A DNA stretch of 64,000 bases from the IMG/VR virus record IMGVR_UViG_3300036770_003016, one strand, 5' to 3'. This document shows, in pieces, positions 47,308 to 57,338 of the stretch; positions within the stretch are counted from its first letter, which is position 1; every line of letters begins with the position of its first letter. The DNA is from a virus. The translations under genes were made by a program, and so were the position numbers. The notes below the pieces were generated by a model. That model had not been told where the DNA came from. It was given only the letters and a program-made list of their open reading frames with translations, and did no database searches.

Positions 47308-50195
47308 ACTACTGCTCCAAAAACACGATTAGTTGGGAAACCCCCAATCCAAGTTACTGTAACGCCGTTAATTGTTTGTATAGATGGCCCACCAGAACTT
47401 GCTGGTGTTTCACTGTTGTTAAAAGAGATTCCCCCACCAGCAGCACCAAATCCACCACCTCCAGCACCACCGTGTGGATAAACATTTTTGTATACCAAAG
47501 GACTACCTCCAGCTACACCAGCAGAACCTCCGGCTCCACTTGATTTGGGAGTTACGTTAAAAGCTAAAGAACAAGCACCAGATCCTCCACCTGTTCCACC
47601 AATACCACCACCTTGTTGGTTAGTTACTGCTGGAGCTCCAACTCCAGGAAATACTCTACCGCCACCGCCACCTCCAAATATATTGAAATCTGGACCAGAA
47701 ACGGCAGTTCCGTTTGCACCAGAATTACCAATTGATCCACCAGCACCACCTTGTGCAAAATTGCCAGAAAAATAACCAACTCCGCCAATACCACCACCTT
47801 GACCACCGCCTCCACCAACGGTATAGCCATTTACGTCGTTTATATATGATGCACCTCCTCCACCACCGCCTCCAATATATCCATTTGAACTATTAATGTT
47901 TAATTCAACTGATGTTAGTATTGCTGGCCCACCATTTTGACCAGCAACATTCTGAAGACTAGGAACAGCATTTCCAGCATTTCCAGCATTACCTCCTCTA
48001 CCCATTATATACCCATAGTTTTCTATCACTAATCCGTTTGGAAAATTACCATCAATAGTTAATGCTGGAACAGAGGTGTTATCACTCCAAATGTAAACAC
48101 CAGAATTGACTGTCACATATACAGGGTTAACTCCATTCCAACCTTGTGCCAACAACCAATTTCTCAAATTCAATTCTTGTTGATTTGTAGTTATTGTATA
48201 GTATTCACTTGTAGATGAAGAAGGAGCCGTAGTATATGTCGTATTTGGATATGATGCTGTCTTAGTAATTGGATTACCCTGTGAAGTAGACCATCCCAAC
48301 CATGTTCTTGGTGTCACAGAAAATTCATTTGGATCCATATAAACTGGTTCTACTTCTCTTTGTGTAAGTCCACTTGGCGTATACAAAACTATAGCACTAT
48401 CATACATATAGTTTGATATTGTCTTATATGTCACATTACCATAAATTTGATCACCATATCTTGCTTGTGGATCAGGCCATCTTGGAGGGTCTCCAACTTT
48501 TTGGTACCAAACATTTGTGAGATAATAATCGATCTCTGTTAATGTTGGCATAATAGTCAATATCAAATCATTTTTAGTGCCAGTTTTTGTTTTAGAAGTT
48601 GCAGCTAATCCAATTCTTTTCTTATTAGTTCTCTGTTGAAATGCCGAGCAATAATTATATAAATCTAAAAACATATTGGTTTCAGTATAGGTATTGTCCC
48701 TTGCATACCAACTAGCAAGTCCAGAACCGTCACCAACTGTGGTATTTTTAGCATTAAGATCCGCAACAATTATTCTTCCACCAGTAACTGGTAAAGTTTC
48801 ATTTTCTGGTTGTAATAACTGAGAAAATAAATTCAAAACTTGACCATTATCACCAGGTTCTCTGTATATAACATCAGTAAAACGTATTGGACTATTTTCA
48901 TCAACAATAAAAGCCGCTTTTGGTATTCTAAAGGTATCCCAAGTATTTGGTTCAGGACTCCAAAAAGGACCAGAAGTTTGAGCATATGAAGTGGTGTCAT
49001 CTACCCATCCAGCTGACATCTCATAACCATCACGAACAGTAGAATTAGGATCTCCAGAACCATTCATCATAAATTTACAATGATAAGAAGCTTCAGTGTA
49101 AAAATCAACATTATTGAAATATTCAACTTGACTACCATAAACAGCACCTTCTGAATCTGAAGTAGTCAGTACCATCTCATAATAATCAATAGTAGTTGAA
49201 GTGGTTGACGGATAAGTTCCACCACGATATTCAAAACCATATTTTTCAATTACACCAGTTCCAGCATTAATACCCATCACTAATACACTAGTCTTATTTA
49301 AAGCTCCAGTTGATATTGGGTTATTATTTGCTATCATGGACACATATATACGATTTCTAACTGGTTCATGAATGAAACTACTAATTTTAGTAATTTGTAT
49401 TGGATAAAATACACTTCCAGTTATATTCTTATATGGATATCTTCTTGCCCAAGCTATAGAAGATGAACTAGTAATACTGGAAATTGGACCATTAAATTTA
49501 ACAATAATAAGTTCGTTTACACTTGCATCATGCGTAGCAATCATATAAACATCGTCATTATTTTTATCTTTGGTCCAGTGAACATTGTTAAAAGAGAGTG
49601 TGTTGTGTTGTATACGGCGATGAAGAACATCCGTAAAACCAGCATCATATTCTAACAGATATGCTCTAGCACGATCACTCGTATTTGCTTTTTCATCATA
49701 ACCACCAACAACAAAATTATTACTAGAAGTACTAAAAGAAGTTGTATGAATATATTTTGTAGTACCAGCCCCACCGCCACTAAGATTTGTCTTAATTGAC
49801 CATAACTCTTGTCCATCACGATCAAATACGGCAGTTGGCATCATCCATGCTTGTAAACTGGTATCATACATTGTAGAACTAAAGAAAAATAATCCATTAT
49901 CATTAATCGCACCAACAGGTGTATCTAATGATGCTGAACTAGTCCATTTTCTTGTGAAAATACCAACCAAATCAACTCTTGCTAAATCAAGTGCTGAAAT
50001 TGCGCCACTAGAAGGCACATTACCCCTATATCCACTCACACCTGTAGGGACATAGGGGCCTCCCGAATAGTACTCAGTTAAACCTATTGGATTTGCACCA
50101 CCAAATTCAGTTTGTATGTCTGCAAAACTGATATTTGTGTTGGCAATTCCTACTCCAGTGGCTCTGTTTGGTATTCTAAAGTCTTGTGTTGTCAT
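47304..50195 (-). CDS. Tail fibre/adhesin with glycine-rich (gp38-like) C-terminus
   Basis: IS..DI..EFGG.NPI.L.EYY N-terminus; IMGRGGNAG, GGGGGGA repeats; late promoter CTAAATA 50231-50225. Confidence 0.75.
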   Translation of the reverse strand: MTTQDFRIPNRATGVGIANTNISFADIQTEFGGANPIGLTEYYSGGPYVPTGVSGYRGNVPSSGAISALDLARVDLVGIFTRKWTSSASLDTPVGAINDNGLFFFSSTMYDTSLQAWMMPTAVFDRDGQELWSIKTNLSGGGAGTTKYIHTTSFSTSSNNFVVGGYDEKANTSDRARAYLLEYDAGFTDVLHRRIQHNTLSFNNVHWTKDKNNDDVYMIATHDASVNELIIVKFNGPISSITSSSSIAWARRYPYKNITGSVFYPIQITKISSFIHEPVRNRIYVSMIANNNPISTGALNKTSVLVMGINAGTGVIEKYGFEYRGGTYPSTTSTTIDYYEMVLTTSDSEGAVYGSQVEYFNNVDFYTEASYHCKFMMNGSGDPNSTVRDGYEMSAGWVDDTTSYAQTSGPFWSPEPNTWDTFRIPKAAFIVDENSPIRFTDVIYREPGDNGQVLNLFSQLLQPENETLPVTGGRIIVADLNAKNTTVGDGSGLASWYARDNTYTETNMFLDLYNYCSAFQQRTNKKRIGLAATSKTKTGTKNDLILTIMPTLTEIDYYLTNVWYQKVGDPPRWPDPQARYGDQIYGNVTYKTISNYMYDSAIVLYTPSGLTQREVEPVYMDPNEFSVTPRTWLGWSTSQGNPITKTASYPNTTYTTAPSSSTSEYYTITTNQQELNLRNWLLAQGWNGVNPVYVTVNSGVYIWSDNTSVPALTIDGNFPNGLVIENYGYIMGRGGNAGNAGNAVPSLQNVAGQNGGPAILTSVELNINSSNGYIGGGGGGGASYINDVNGYTVGGGGGQGGGIGGVGYFSGNFAQGGAGGSIGNSGANGTAVSGPDFNIFGGGGGGRVFPGVGAPAVTNQQGGGIGGTGGGSGACSLAFNVTPKSSGAGGSAGVAGGSPLVYKNVYPHGGAGGGGFGAAGGGISFNNSETPASSGGPSIQTINGVTVTWIGGFPTNRVFGAVV

Positions 50196-50232
50196 GCTAA
50201 GTTAAAAATCTCCCATTTTGACTCTATTTAGT

Positions 50233-50523
50233 CTATTCTCCTAGATAAAATTTAAATCCAGTCATTGAGTCCCAACGAAACGACCGCCATTCTTGTTTTT
50301 CGAGATCAAAAACCGGCTGAGCATCATCGGATTTTACTTTTCCTGTGTTTTTTGGCAATTTTTCTTCAGGAATTTTCGATTCTGCAAGAGTACAAGTCAT
50401 TTTTCGTTCGGATCCATCTTTTTTGACAAAAGAAATCGTCACTGGACCGTCTTTGAGCAGTCCAATGAACCATTTTTTATCTTTTTTCGTCTCAAACGGC
50501 AAAAATTTCAAATCTTTTTCCAT
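50233..50523 (-). CDS. WYL_2/SH3-barrel-like protein
   Basis: F.KKDGSER.M.CTL, VFDLEKQEWRSFR. Confidence 0.75.
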   Translation of the reverse strand: MEKDLKFLPFETKKDKKWFIGLLKDGPVTISFVKKDGSERKMTCTLAESKIPEEKLPKNTGKVKSDDAQPVFDLEKQEWRSFRWDSMTGFKFYLGE

Positions 50524-50530
50524 TTTTTCC

Positions 50531-50911
50531 TCATTTTGAATCGGCTATCGCCTTTAAATTGTCAATTAGTCTTACAGCATGCAATTTTGTCAATGCACGC
50601 TCCAGATATTCATCAAACCATTCTTGTGATTTTTCAGTTTTTCGTAAAATACAACCGTAAATATTCGATCCAACCAATCCTTTGATGTAAACCGATGGGT
50701 CTGCAAAGATTGCTTCAAATGTATCATCAAATTTTGGATTACCTAGATCGTCCTTGCTAAAAAAAGCCACATGGTACATGTCTCCGACTGTCGAAGACCC
50801 CACTGGCTTTCCTTTGAACGACTCTTCTTTGAATTTAAAATATGATAAATTCAATTCGTCATCATCATCTCCTGGTAGAAAATAAAAACCATCGTAGTCT
50901 TCTTTAGCCAT
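50531..50911 (-). CDS. Hypothetical protein
   Basis: 126 aa ORF with SD. Confidence 0.6.
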   Translation of the reverse strand: MAKEDYDGFYFLPGDDDDELNLSYFKFKEESFKGKPVGSSTVGDMYHVAFFSKDDLGNPKFDDTFEAIFADPSVYIKGLVGSNIYGCILRKTEKSQEWFDEYLERALTKLHAVRLIDNLKAIADSK

Positions 50912-51186
50912 AAGACATTTCCTTTTCTAATTGTTTTTTATTTTTCTTGCGATCATAACGAACAGCACTTACTGCTACTCGCATACGATATTTAGGTGAG
51001 CGCAAATCTTTGGCTACGAGATTACGAGGTTTGGTATTTTTGATTCTCATTTTATGTACATGTATGCTGCAAAAAGAAATATTGATAGAATTATAAGTTT
51101 ATAGGTAACAAAAGTAATAAACGCCATGAGAGCCGCAAATGTAACCCACAAAGGCGCTGTGATTAAAAGAAGAAATGTTTTCATGA

Positions 51187-51444
51187 TTATAACCGAACGA
51201 TAATACCGACAAAGTAAATAAAGAGAAGACCACTATTTACAGCAATCATCGCTTTGTCTTTAATCATAAAACCCCAGATTAAAAACAGAAACGACCCAAG
51301 ATTTAATAATATAATATTTAATGGGTCAAGTGATAATGTCGTACACGCTGCACCTGATATTGTAATAAAAGTGGCAACCCATTTAATTAATGTAACATTA
51401 TCTAATTCGTAAATCTTCGAAAACATATTCATATCCTTTTTCAT
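51187..51444 (-). CDS. Small multi-TM membrane protein
   Basis: KWVAT...GA, P.NI, three hydrophobic segments. Confidence 0.65.
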   Translation of the reverse strand: MKKDMNMFSKIYELDNVTLIKWVATFITISGAACTTLSLDPLNIILLNLGSFLFLIWGFMIKDKAMIAVNSGLLFIYFVGIIVRL

Positions 51445-51452
51445 TATGTCCT

Positions 51453-51531
51453 ATTGTAACATAGAAAAAGGCATCTGTCAACCCCGTTGTTGCACAAAAA
51501 CAACACCGTAAATTAGTGAGTACTTACTTAC
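51453..51531 (-). promoter_or_regulatory. Early promoter with box and palindrome
   Basis: TTGACA-17-TACAAT; box 51488-51505; palindrome 51512-51531. Confidence 0.75.
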
Positions 51532-51784
51532 TTTTGATTCGCTCGATTATCTCTTTTGCCTCTGTATAGTTTGGATCCGCAATTAAATATGATTCTAGAT
51601 ATTCCTGCTGCAATATGCGAATCAATGACTCCGCAACCAGTTGTTCCATCGGGCTCAGTTCCATATACCAAGAAAGAAACTGAGCCTCATCCTGACATGC
51701 CCAGATCGTATTGAGCATCCTCAGTTGGTGGCTATTCAGACCATCGATTCTCATTCCCATGTGCGATGCCTCTCGGCTACCCAT
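51524..51784 (-). CDS. Hypothetical protein
   Basis: ORF in early operon. Confidence 0.55.
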   Translation of the reverse strand: MGSREASHMGMRIDGLNSHQLRMLNTIWACQDEAQFLSWYMELSPMEQLVAESLIRILQQEYLESYLIADPNYTEAKEIIERIKSK

Positions 51785-52086
51785 TCACGACCATCGTTTT
51801 CACAGATCATCCAGTTTACATCATCAGGGATCTCTACGATTTTCAGTTCAGAGTACTTGCCGTTTGCCGCCGTCCCAAGCGCTTCCACTACCTTTACCAG
51901 ATTCTCGTCATCCCGAGGAATATCACAATCCAAGAAATAATCTTTCAATTCCGCATCACGATAGAACATAGTAAACGAACCGTCTACTTGCTCGTAGAGC
52001 TTAAACCCTACAAGGTCTGCGTACATACGAATGGCTTCATCAGACATTCCAAACCCACCATAATCACTATTGATAACGATCTTCAT
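51751..52086 (-). CDS. Conserved phage hypothetical protein
   Basis: KIVIN..YGGFG.S, R.D..LV.VVE, KIVEIPDDV, EWVAE.HRTW. Confidence 0.75.
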   Translation of the reverse strand: MKIVINSDYGGFGMSDEAIRMYADLVGFKLYEQVDGSFTMFYRDAELKDYFLDCDIPRDDENLVKVVEALGTAANGKYSELKIVEIPDDVNWMICENDGREWVAERHRTWE

Positions 52087-52656
52087 TTTTATCCTTTCGA
52101 TAATCGTTAAATCTTAGAAACAAAGAAAGAATCGTATTCAGAGCCATAAAGACCCCGAATACGATTAGAAAGCACTCGATCATAACACCTCGTGCCACAC
52201 AGAATTATACCTTAGTACCTCTGAACAGTTCTTGGGTAACAGACATTCACACCAAAGTGAACCGTGTGCAAGTACCTGTACATCCACCAGAGTTCGCAAT
52301 TTAAACAAGTCTTTTCTATATATCAGGGCTCTCATCGCTCACACTCATACCAAACTATACGCACAGAACGCTATGATTGCTAGTGAAATTGAACAGAGAA
52401 TTGCACAGACAACATAGACCTTTGTAGTATTAGGGAATATTGTTTCCCATTCGACATTTCCAATATTCATATTCTTTACTTTACCATGACATTGATTAAT
52501 CCAGAGAGTTCACAAGCCATATTCTGAATCTTTTCTTTTTGCTCATCATAGAATTTCTGGTTACGAGCAAACTCAGCTTTTTCAACCTCAAACTTCTTGA
52601 GATTCTTCAGAACAATCAGCATTGCATCTTGCATTTCTTTTTTAGTCTTACTCATA

Positions 52657-52839
52657 TTACTTTTCTCCTATAAGCATTTCACAAGTATCTTCACCGTACA
52701 TGTAAAGAAGGGTTAATTCTACACTCTTCCGTACATTGTAAGATTCACGAAAAGTACTAAAGGTTTCAGAGAACCATTTTGTATCACCTTTCATAGTAGC
52801 GTAATCTTCAGCTACTGTTAATAATTCTTTGGGTTTCAT
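52657..52839 (-). CDS. Hypothetical protein
   Basis: True start likely MKPKELL; promoter TTGACA-17-TATAAT 52901-52873. Confidence 0.55.
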   Translation of the reverse strand: MKPKELLTVAEDYATMKGDTKWFSETFSTFRESYNVRKSVELTLLYMYGEDTCEMLIGEK

Positions 52840-52877
52840 TATAGATTCCTTTTCTTCATAGGGCACACAGACATTAT

Positions 52878-53066
52878 ATGAGACTCTAGGGGATTTGTCA
52901 AGCAGGGAGAGAGGCAAATATGAGACTCTATTCGAATATTTTTTATGAGACTCTATATGAGACTCTAAAAGGGAAATATGAGACTCTATGGGGATTATTT
53001 TGGGACCCATAGAAAAGACGATGAGACTCTAATGAGACTCTAAGATACAGTGGGTATGAGACTCTA
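52878..53066 (+). repeat. Eight direct copies of ATGAGACTCTA (iteron-like)
   Basis: Starts 52878, 52920, 52945, 52957, 52978, 53021, 53032, 53056. Confidence 0.92.
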
Positions 53067-53110
53067 AAACCCAGAGTAGTACCCCCACCCCCCCCCCCCC
53101 CTACTCTACT

Positions 53111-53290
53111 TTAGCCGATAACCGCAGTAGACTCGGAGATGGCGTTAAACTTCGCCTCGGAGATTAGGGTGTATTTTAAATCCAAAACCCAAGCCATAGG
53201 TACGCCAACCTGTTCTGCTATTTTCTCTACGGGCATTTCGTCCATGAGCAATTCTTCGATTTCAATATAAATTTCAGACATCCGAGCCAT
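53111..53290 (-). CDS. Small HTH-like protein (not in ORF track)
   Basis: 59 aa, PVEKIAEQVGVPMAWV; GGAGG SD. Confidence 0.6.
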   Translation of the reverse strand: MARMSEIYIEIEELLMDEMPVEKIAEQVGVPMAWVLDLKYTLISEAKFNAISESTAVIG

Positions 53291-53517
53291 CAGATACCTC
53301 CAACAATCAGAAAACCAACAGAGAGAACCACAAAACCAGTCATAAGATTAGACAGCAGCGAGATTACGATATTCATTAGATTATTCCTAAATTGAGGTAA
53401 ACAACAGCAGCACCCAGAAGAATTCCAAGCACAGCACTCACGAACACAACAGCACCCATATCATTTTCTTTAGCGATAGCACGACGAGTAGCAAGACTTT
53501 TCATTTTCATATCCTTA

Positions 53518-53760
53518 TTAGAACAAAGTACCGAGGAAGAAGAAACCAGTACCAATCGCAAAAGCACCAGCGATCACAGCGGTAATCACAAAACCGATAC
53601 CCATACCATCTAAGCTGAACATGTCACCACCAAGCATCTTGGTAATGAGGAAGGCAGGGAGTAGGAAGGGAATCATTGCAACCATCGCAACCATCTTAAC
53701 CACATAACCAGCAAGACCAAGAACCGTATTCATCAATTTGTTTCCTTTGTTATTCATCAT
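53518..53760 (-). CDS. Early hydrophobic membrane protein
   Basis: Two TM segments; promoter at 53768-53795. Confidence 0.55.
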   Translation of the reverse strand: MMNNKGNKLMNTVLGLAGYVVKMVAMVAMIPFLLPAFLITKMLGGDMFSLDGMGIGFVITAVIAGAFAIGTGFFFLGTLF

Positions 53761-53857
53761 GGAACCAATTATACTGATTTCCAGGCAATTGTCAAGCGGA
53801 ATGGCAAATATTTTTGGATATTTTTGGTTAGTGAGTACTGACTAACATAGGGTTAGG

Positions 53858-54076
53858 TTAGTATTGACTAACATAAAACCCTAGTTCCTCACCCACGGCC
53901 TCACGGACGGCAGTATCGGATGCTTCTCCATACCGATCATCAGCGGCAATGTCTTTCAGTATTGTCATGGTATCTTCTTCGTCTAAACGGTACTTCCGAG
54001 AGAATTCCACCAGGCGGCCAATGACCTCATCTCCAGCAGTGGTGAACATACCATAGGACTTAGGTTGCTTCTTCAT
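53858..54076 (-). CDS. Hypothetical early protein
   Basis: YGMFT.AG, EASDTAVRE. Confidence 0.65.
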   Translation of the reverse strand: MKKQPKSYGMFTTAGDEVIGRLVEFSRKYRLDEEDTMTILKDIAADDRYGEASDTAVREAVGEELGFYVSQY

Positions 54077-54086
54077 TTTCTTTTCC

Positions 54087-54332
54087 TTAAGCTAAATCTA
54101 CTTGAATATCAATACCACGGATCGTTCCAGCATAACCGACCATATTCATACCATGACGGCGACGCATGGCGACCTGCATCAATGCATCCCAGACAACCAT
54201 CCGTTGTTCCCGCTGAGGGAAACGATTACCCATAAGGTCTTTCACTTGGCAATCACCAATGAAAACCCCATTGATAATCGCCCGAAACTTTTGAGAATTC
54301 TTCAGACCATCAATTACAATTTTCGTATTCAT
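54087..54332 (-). CDS. Hypothetical early protein
   Basis: ORF in early operon. Confidence 0.6.
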   Translation of the reverse strand: MNTKIVIDGLKNSQKFRAIINGVFIGDCQVKDLMGNRFPQREQRMVVWDALMQVAMRRRHGMNMVGYAGTIRGIDIQVDLA

Positions 54333-54442
54333 TTAATTAACCCAATGTTTTAACAGTATCGGCGCAGAAACCACCATACACAGCGAGGGAGAGAATCACA
54401 GCAACAACAATAGAGAGCATAATCATTTTATTTTCCAATCAA

Positions 54443-54688
54443 TTAGTGAACATAACCAAGAGCATATTTACGGGTCTTGGGAACTCGTTTAGAAACTTTC
54501 ACTTTTTTGTAATCGCAATCAAGGAAGGTTTCAATCGCAAGCGCTATCGCAGCTTCTTTTTCTAATTCAGCGATTTTCTTTTCAATCTCAGCGAGGGAAG
54601 GACCAACACCTTTAGAAGATTTAAAGCTCTTCAGGACTTCGGACGCAGGCAGAAACTTGTGCGTCTCAGAGAGAAACTTGTCTTTCAT
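54443..54688 (-). CDS. Hypothetical early protein
   Basis: SD and promoter 54718-54746. Confidence 0.6.
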   Translation of the reverse strand: MKDKFLSETHKFLPASEVLKSFKSSKGVGPSLAEIEKKIAELEKEAAIALAIETFLDCDYKKVKVSKRVPKTRKYALGYVH

Positions 54689-54823
54689 TTAATTTCCTTA
54701 TCAATCATCATGAAACCATTGTATAAGGGGACGGCCGAATTGTCAAGCGTTTCGGCAATCTTTTTGGATCTTTTTGGTTAGTATGCACTCACTTACTTCA
54801 GATGGTTAGTGAGTACTAACTAA

Positions 54824-55060
54824 CTAGAACGCAGGTGAGTCGGTACTAACACCATCGACTGATAGGATTTCACTATCATCTAGAAGAACCCGATAGACCG
54901 GTTCACTTCGCCAAGGCAGGGTAATGCCTTCGTCTACCTCTACTGTATATTGAACAGCACCACCATACTTGACTCGGGCATCAACCACTTTACCCGACCC
55001 AGTGGCACCCATGTAAGTAAACTCAACCTCACGACCTTCTAGAGTCCAATTCCATTTCAT
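54824..55060 (-). CDS. Hypothetical early protein (SH3-like)
   Basis: G.V...RVKYGG.VQYTV. Confidence 0.6.
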   Translation of the reverse strand: MKWNWTLEGREVEFTYMGATGSGKVVDARVKYGGAVQYTVEVDEGITLPWRSEPVYRVLLDDSEILSVDGVSTDSPAF

Positions 55061-55062
55061 AA

Positions 55063-55464
55063 TTATTGCTCCAATGTATAGGGTTTATTCCATTTACCAA
55101 TATTGATATCGTAATAATATGCGGTATCAAAGTAATCGGTCATAGCATCTGAATTATTATAATATCCAGCACTCTTCAATGCATCAAAGGCCTCAGCCAG
55201 AAATTCTTTGGCCTTACCAGTAAAATGGTCTTGAAACCAATATGGATTTACATCGATTGAACCATAGCGTCGCACAAACGATTCATCCTGACATTTATTA
55301 TCCGCAAGATAGTTCTCAATAAAATCAATACTACCAGATTTAACAGTCAGCACAATAGACATATGGTTACGGACGGACAGAGTGCCTTTCACACCATATT
55401 TTTTCAATACGGGTTTCAGTTTAGCAGCAATGACCGCTTTCTTTTCTTGATTCATATAAGCCAT
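55063..55464 (-). CDS. Conserved phage early protein
   Basis: MAYMNQE.K, NSDAMTDYFD, IGKW.KPY. Confidence 0.7.
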   Translation of the reverse strand: MAYMNQEKKAVIAAKLKPVLKKYGVKGTLSVRNHMSIVLTVKSGSIDFIENYLADNKCQDESFVRRYGSIDVNPYWFQDHFTGKAKEFLAEAFDALKSAGYYNNSDAMTDYFDTAYYYDINIGKWNKPYTLEQ

Positions 55465-55473
55465 GATATATCC

Positions 55474-55776
55474 TTAGAAGTCGTTTAGTTCAGGTTGAAA
55501 TTCAGCAATCAGTTCACGCTCACGCTGATATGCAGCTTTGCGACCACGGATCACTTCGATTATACTGTATTCGATACTCTCTGCTTCTTTAATAGCATTA
55601 CAGAGAGACCAATCTTTGTTCTCTACTAGGGCACGGGACCGATGTTTCTGGACTCGCACCTTAACAGAGCGAAGAAACGCCCGCCCCACAGCGACAGTTA
55701 ACCCAATATAAGACTGTCCGTCTACAGAGAGATGGTACAGTATATAATTGCGGTCGTTTCGTTTTTTTCTCATCAT
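55474..55776 (-). CDS. GIY-YIG-like nuclease-domain protein
   Basis: YILY..SYIG, R.QKH, E.ELI...PELN. Confidence 0.65.
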   Translation of the reverse strand: MMRKKRNDRNYILYHLSVDGQSYIGLTVAVGRAFLRSVKVRVQKHRSRALVENKDWSLCNAIKEAESIEYSIIEVIRGRKAAYQRERELIAEFQPELNDF

Positions 55777-55845
55777 GTAGGCTATTATACACGTTTTTCG
55801 GCAATTGTCAAGCGTCTCGGTAAGTCATTGATTTTATTGAGGATT

Positions 55846-56127
55846 TTACCAGTTCTCGCCTCTGTCGTACCCTTCTGGAAGGTCTGGAAAGTCTGGAATC
55901 TGTATGGCGTAGTCTTCAGAGGGTCTTGGCAGCCCCTCAGATAATCGCATATTCGCAAGCCCCTCTGGCGTTCTCTTATACTCTTGAGATACCTGGCGCA
56001 TATTATCTCTCATTCTGTCTGAAGCCTCCCTGTCCATATTGGCATGGGATTGACAGCAATATACGCCCCTTTTGCGATGTTTTACGCTACACACCGGGCA
56101 TACCTTTTCTCTATACATATTCGGCAT
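55846..56127 (-). CDS. Zn-binding hypothetical protein
   Basis: CPVC...H.K.G.YCC..HAN. Confidence 0.6.
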   Translation of the reverse strand: MPNMYREKVCPVCSVKHRKRGVYCCQSHANMDREASDRMRDNMRQVSQEYKRTPEGLANMRLSEGLPRPSEDYAIQIPDFPDLPEGYDRGENW

Positions 56128-56132
56128 GGTTT

Positions 56133-56342
56133 TTACTCTTTTCTGCCTAACTCACTTACTACCCTATTATATTCTTCTCTGCTATTATCTATAGGTACTT
56201 CTACATTATCCTTAATACTCTTATAGATGGGATATAATAGTTTATTGGTGATTGTTCTACTAAACTGTTCTAGAGCTATATTGGCATCAGTACCCTTTTT
56301 TATTGAGAGCAGGGTATTTCTGATTTCCTTATCAAAATTCAC
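56133..56342 (-). CDS. Hypothetical protein
   Basis: Coupled to ART gene. Confidence 0.5.
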   Translation of the reverse strand: MNFDKEIRNTLLSIKKGTDANIALEQFSRTITNKLLYPIYKSIKDNVEVPIDNSREEYNRVVSELGRKE

Positions 56343-57292
56343 TAGAGTTTAGCGGGATTATGACCTACAACACGAGCATGCCATACTGTTAGATGGCCAT
56401 ATTCTGGGTGATTTACTAGAGTTGGTTGATGGTGTATCTCCATGTCCATTCCACGATGTAGCAATATCTCATTCTCGTCTTCATATCTGGATATATGGCG
56501 TATTGAACCACCTGGTGTTCCTTTGGGTACATGTATCTTTAATATATGCTTAGTTTGACCATTCTTTGGTTTTCTGGCATCGGTATTCAGTGGTTTATGT
56601 TCATCAGCAGATTTGGTACTTTTACAGAATTCTGGGGTTATATGAAAATTGGTGGAAGTGGAAGTATATGCAGGAAAATGTACTTTGGCGTTTTTATTTG
56701 GATTACCCTTGAAATGTTCCATAGGAGGACGGGATAGACCGGTGAATACATGGGTATCTTTGGCGATCTTATGTTTATTCATTACATCATCAAGGCGTTT
56801 GATATGATCATGGACATGGTAGATATTACCCGAGGGAACGAACATCTGTCTATGCTTCCCTACATAATCGTCATAATCTTTGGGGTGTTGGCCTGTCTTG
56901 TGGTGTGCAAAGAGGGATCGGTTTATATCTGTAGAATCTGAGGTATATTCTGAGACAGCATCTTTTGCGTCTTTTACCTTATTGGCATCATGAATAGGAT
57001 ATTCTTCAAACTCATAATGTGGATATATCTGTTCGTCTGCGGTAGTGGGTGGTCCTTTTGGAGCTTTTTCTTCCTTATGTATTGCTGAAGACAATATGGG
57101 TTCAGCATGGAATTTGGTGTCTTCTTTTGATTTAGTCTGAGAATGAGAACCAAAGACGGCTTGATTACTGTTTTTAGTAGGTTTAGTTGATTTGGTCGAT
57201 TTGGTAGGTCTAGAATGAGAACCAAATGAAGCCATCATGCCTGGCAGTTTTTGATTCTCTTGCTCTATAAGGAAAGATTTAAATGATTTCAT
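56342..57292 (-). CDS. ADP-ribosyltransferase (VIP2/Alt-like), probably virion-packaged
   Basis: YT..S..IN..L, YTSTS, EDENEILL; MKSFKSFLIE N-terminus; late promoter ATAAATA 57306-57300. Confidence 0.8.
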   Translation of the reverse strand: MKSFKSFLIEQENQKLPGMMASFGSHSRPTKSTKSTKPTKNSNQAVFGSHSQTKSKEDTKFHAEPILSSAIHKEEKAPKGPPTTADEQIYPHYEFEEYPIHDANKVKDAKDAVSEYTSDSTDINRSLFAHHKTGQHPKDYDDYVGKHRQMFVPSGNIYHVHDHIKRLDDVMNKHKIAKDTHVFTGLSRPPMEHFKGNPNKNAKVHFPAYTSTSTNFHITPEFCKSTKSADEHKPLNTDARKPKNGQTKHILKIHVPKGTPGGSIRHISRYEDENEILLHRGMDMEIHHQPTLVNHPEYGHLTVWHARVVGHNPAKL

Positions 57293-57338
57293 AATAGTTT
57301 ATTTATGCCAGAGGAGTTCGATGGCATGTAGGACTAGA

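Noticed and set aside
52840-53010. N-terminal extension of the 117-aa ORF (IESH repeats)
   Set aside because: It is just the translation of the DNA repeats and spans a promoter; the real start is likely 52839.
52878-53066. CRISPR or mini-array interpretation of ATGAGACTCTA repeats
   Set aside because: Repeat is only 11 bp with 0-32 bp irregular gaps.
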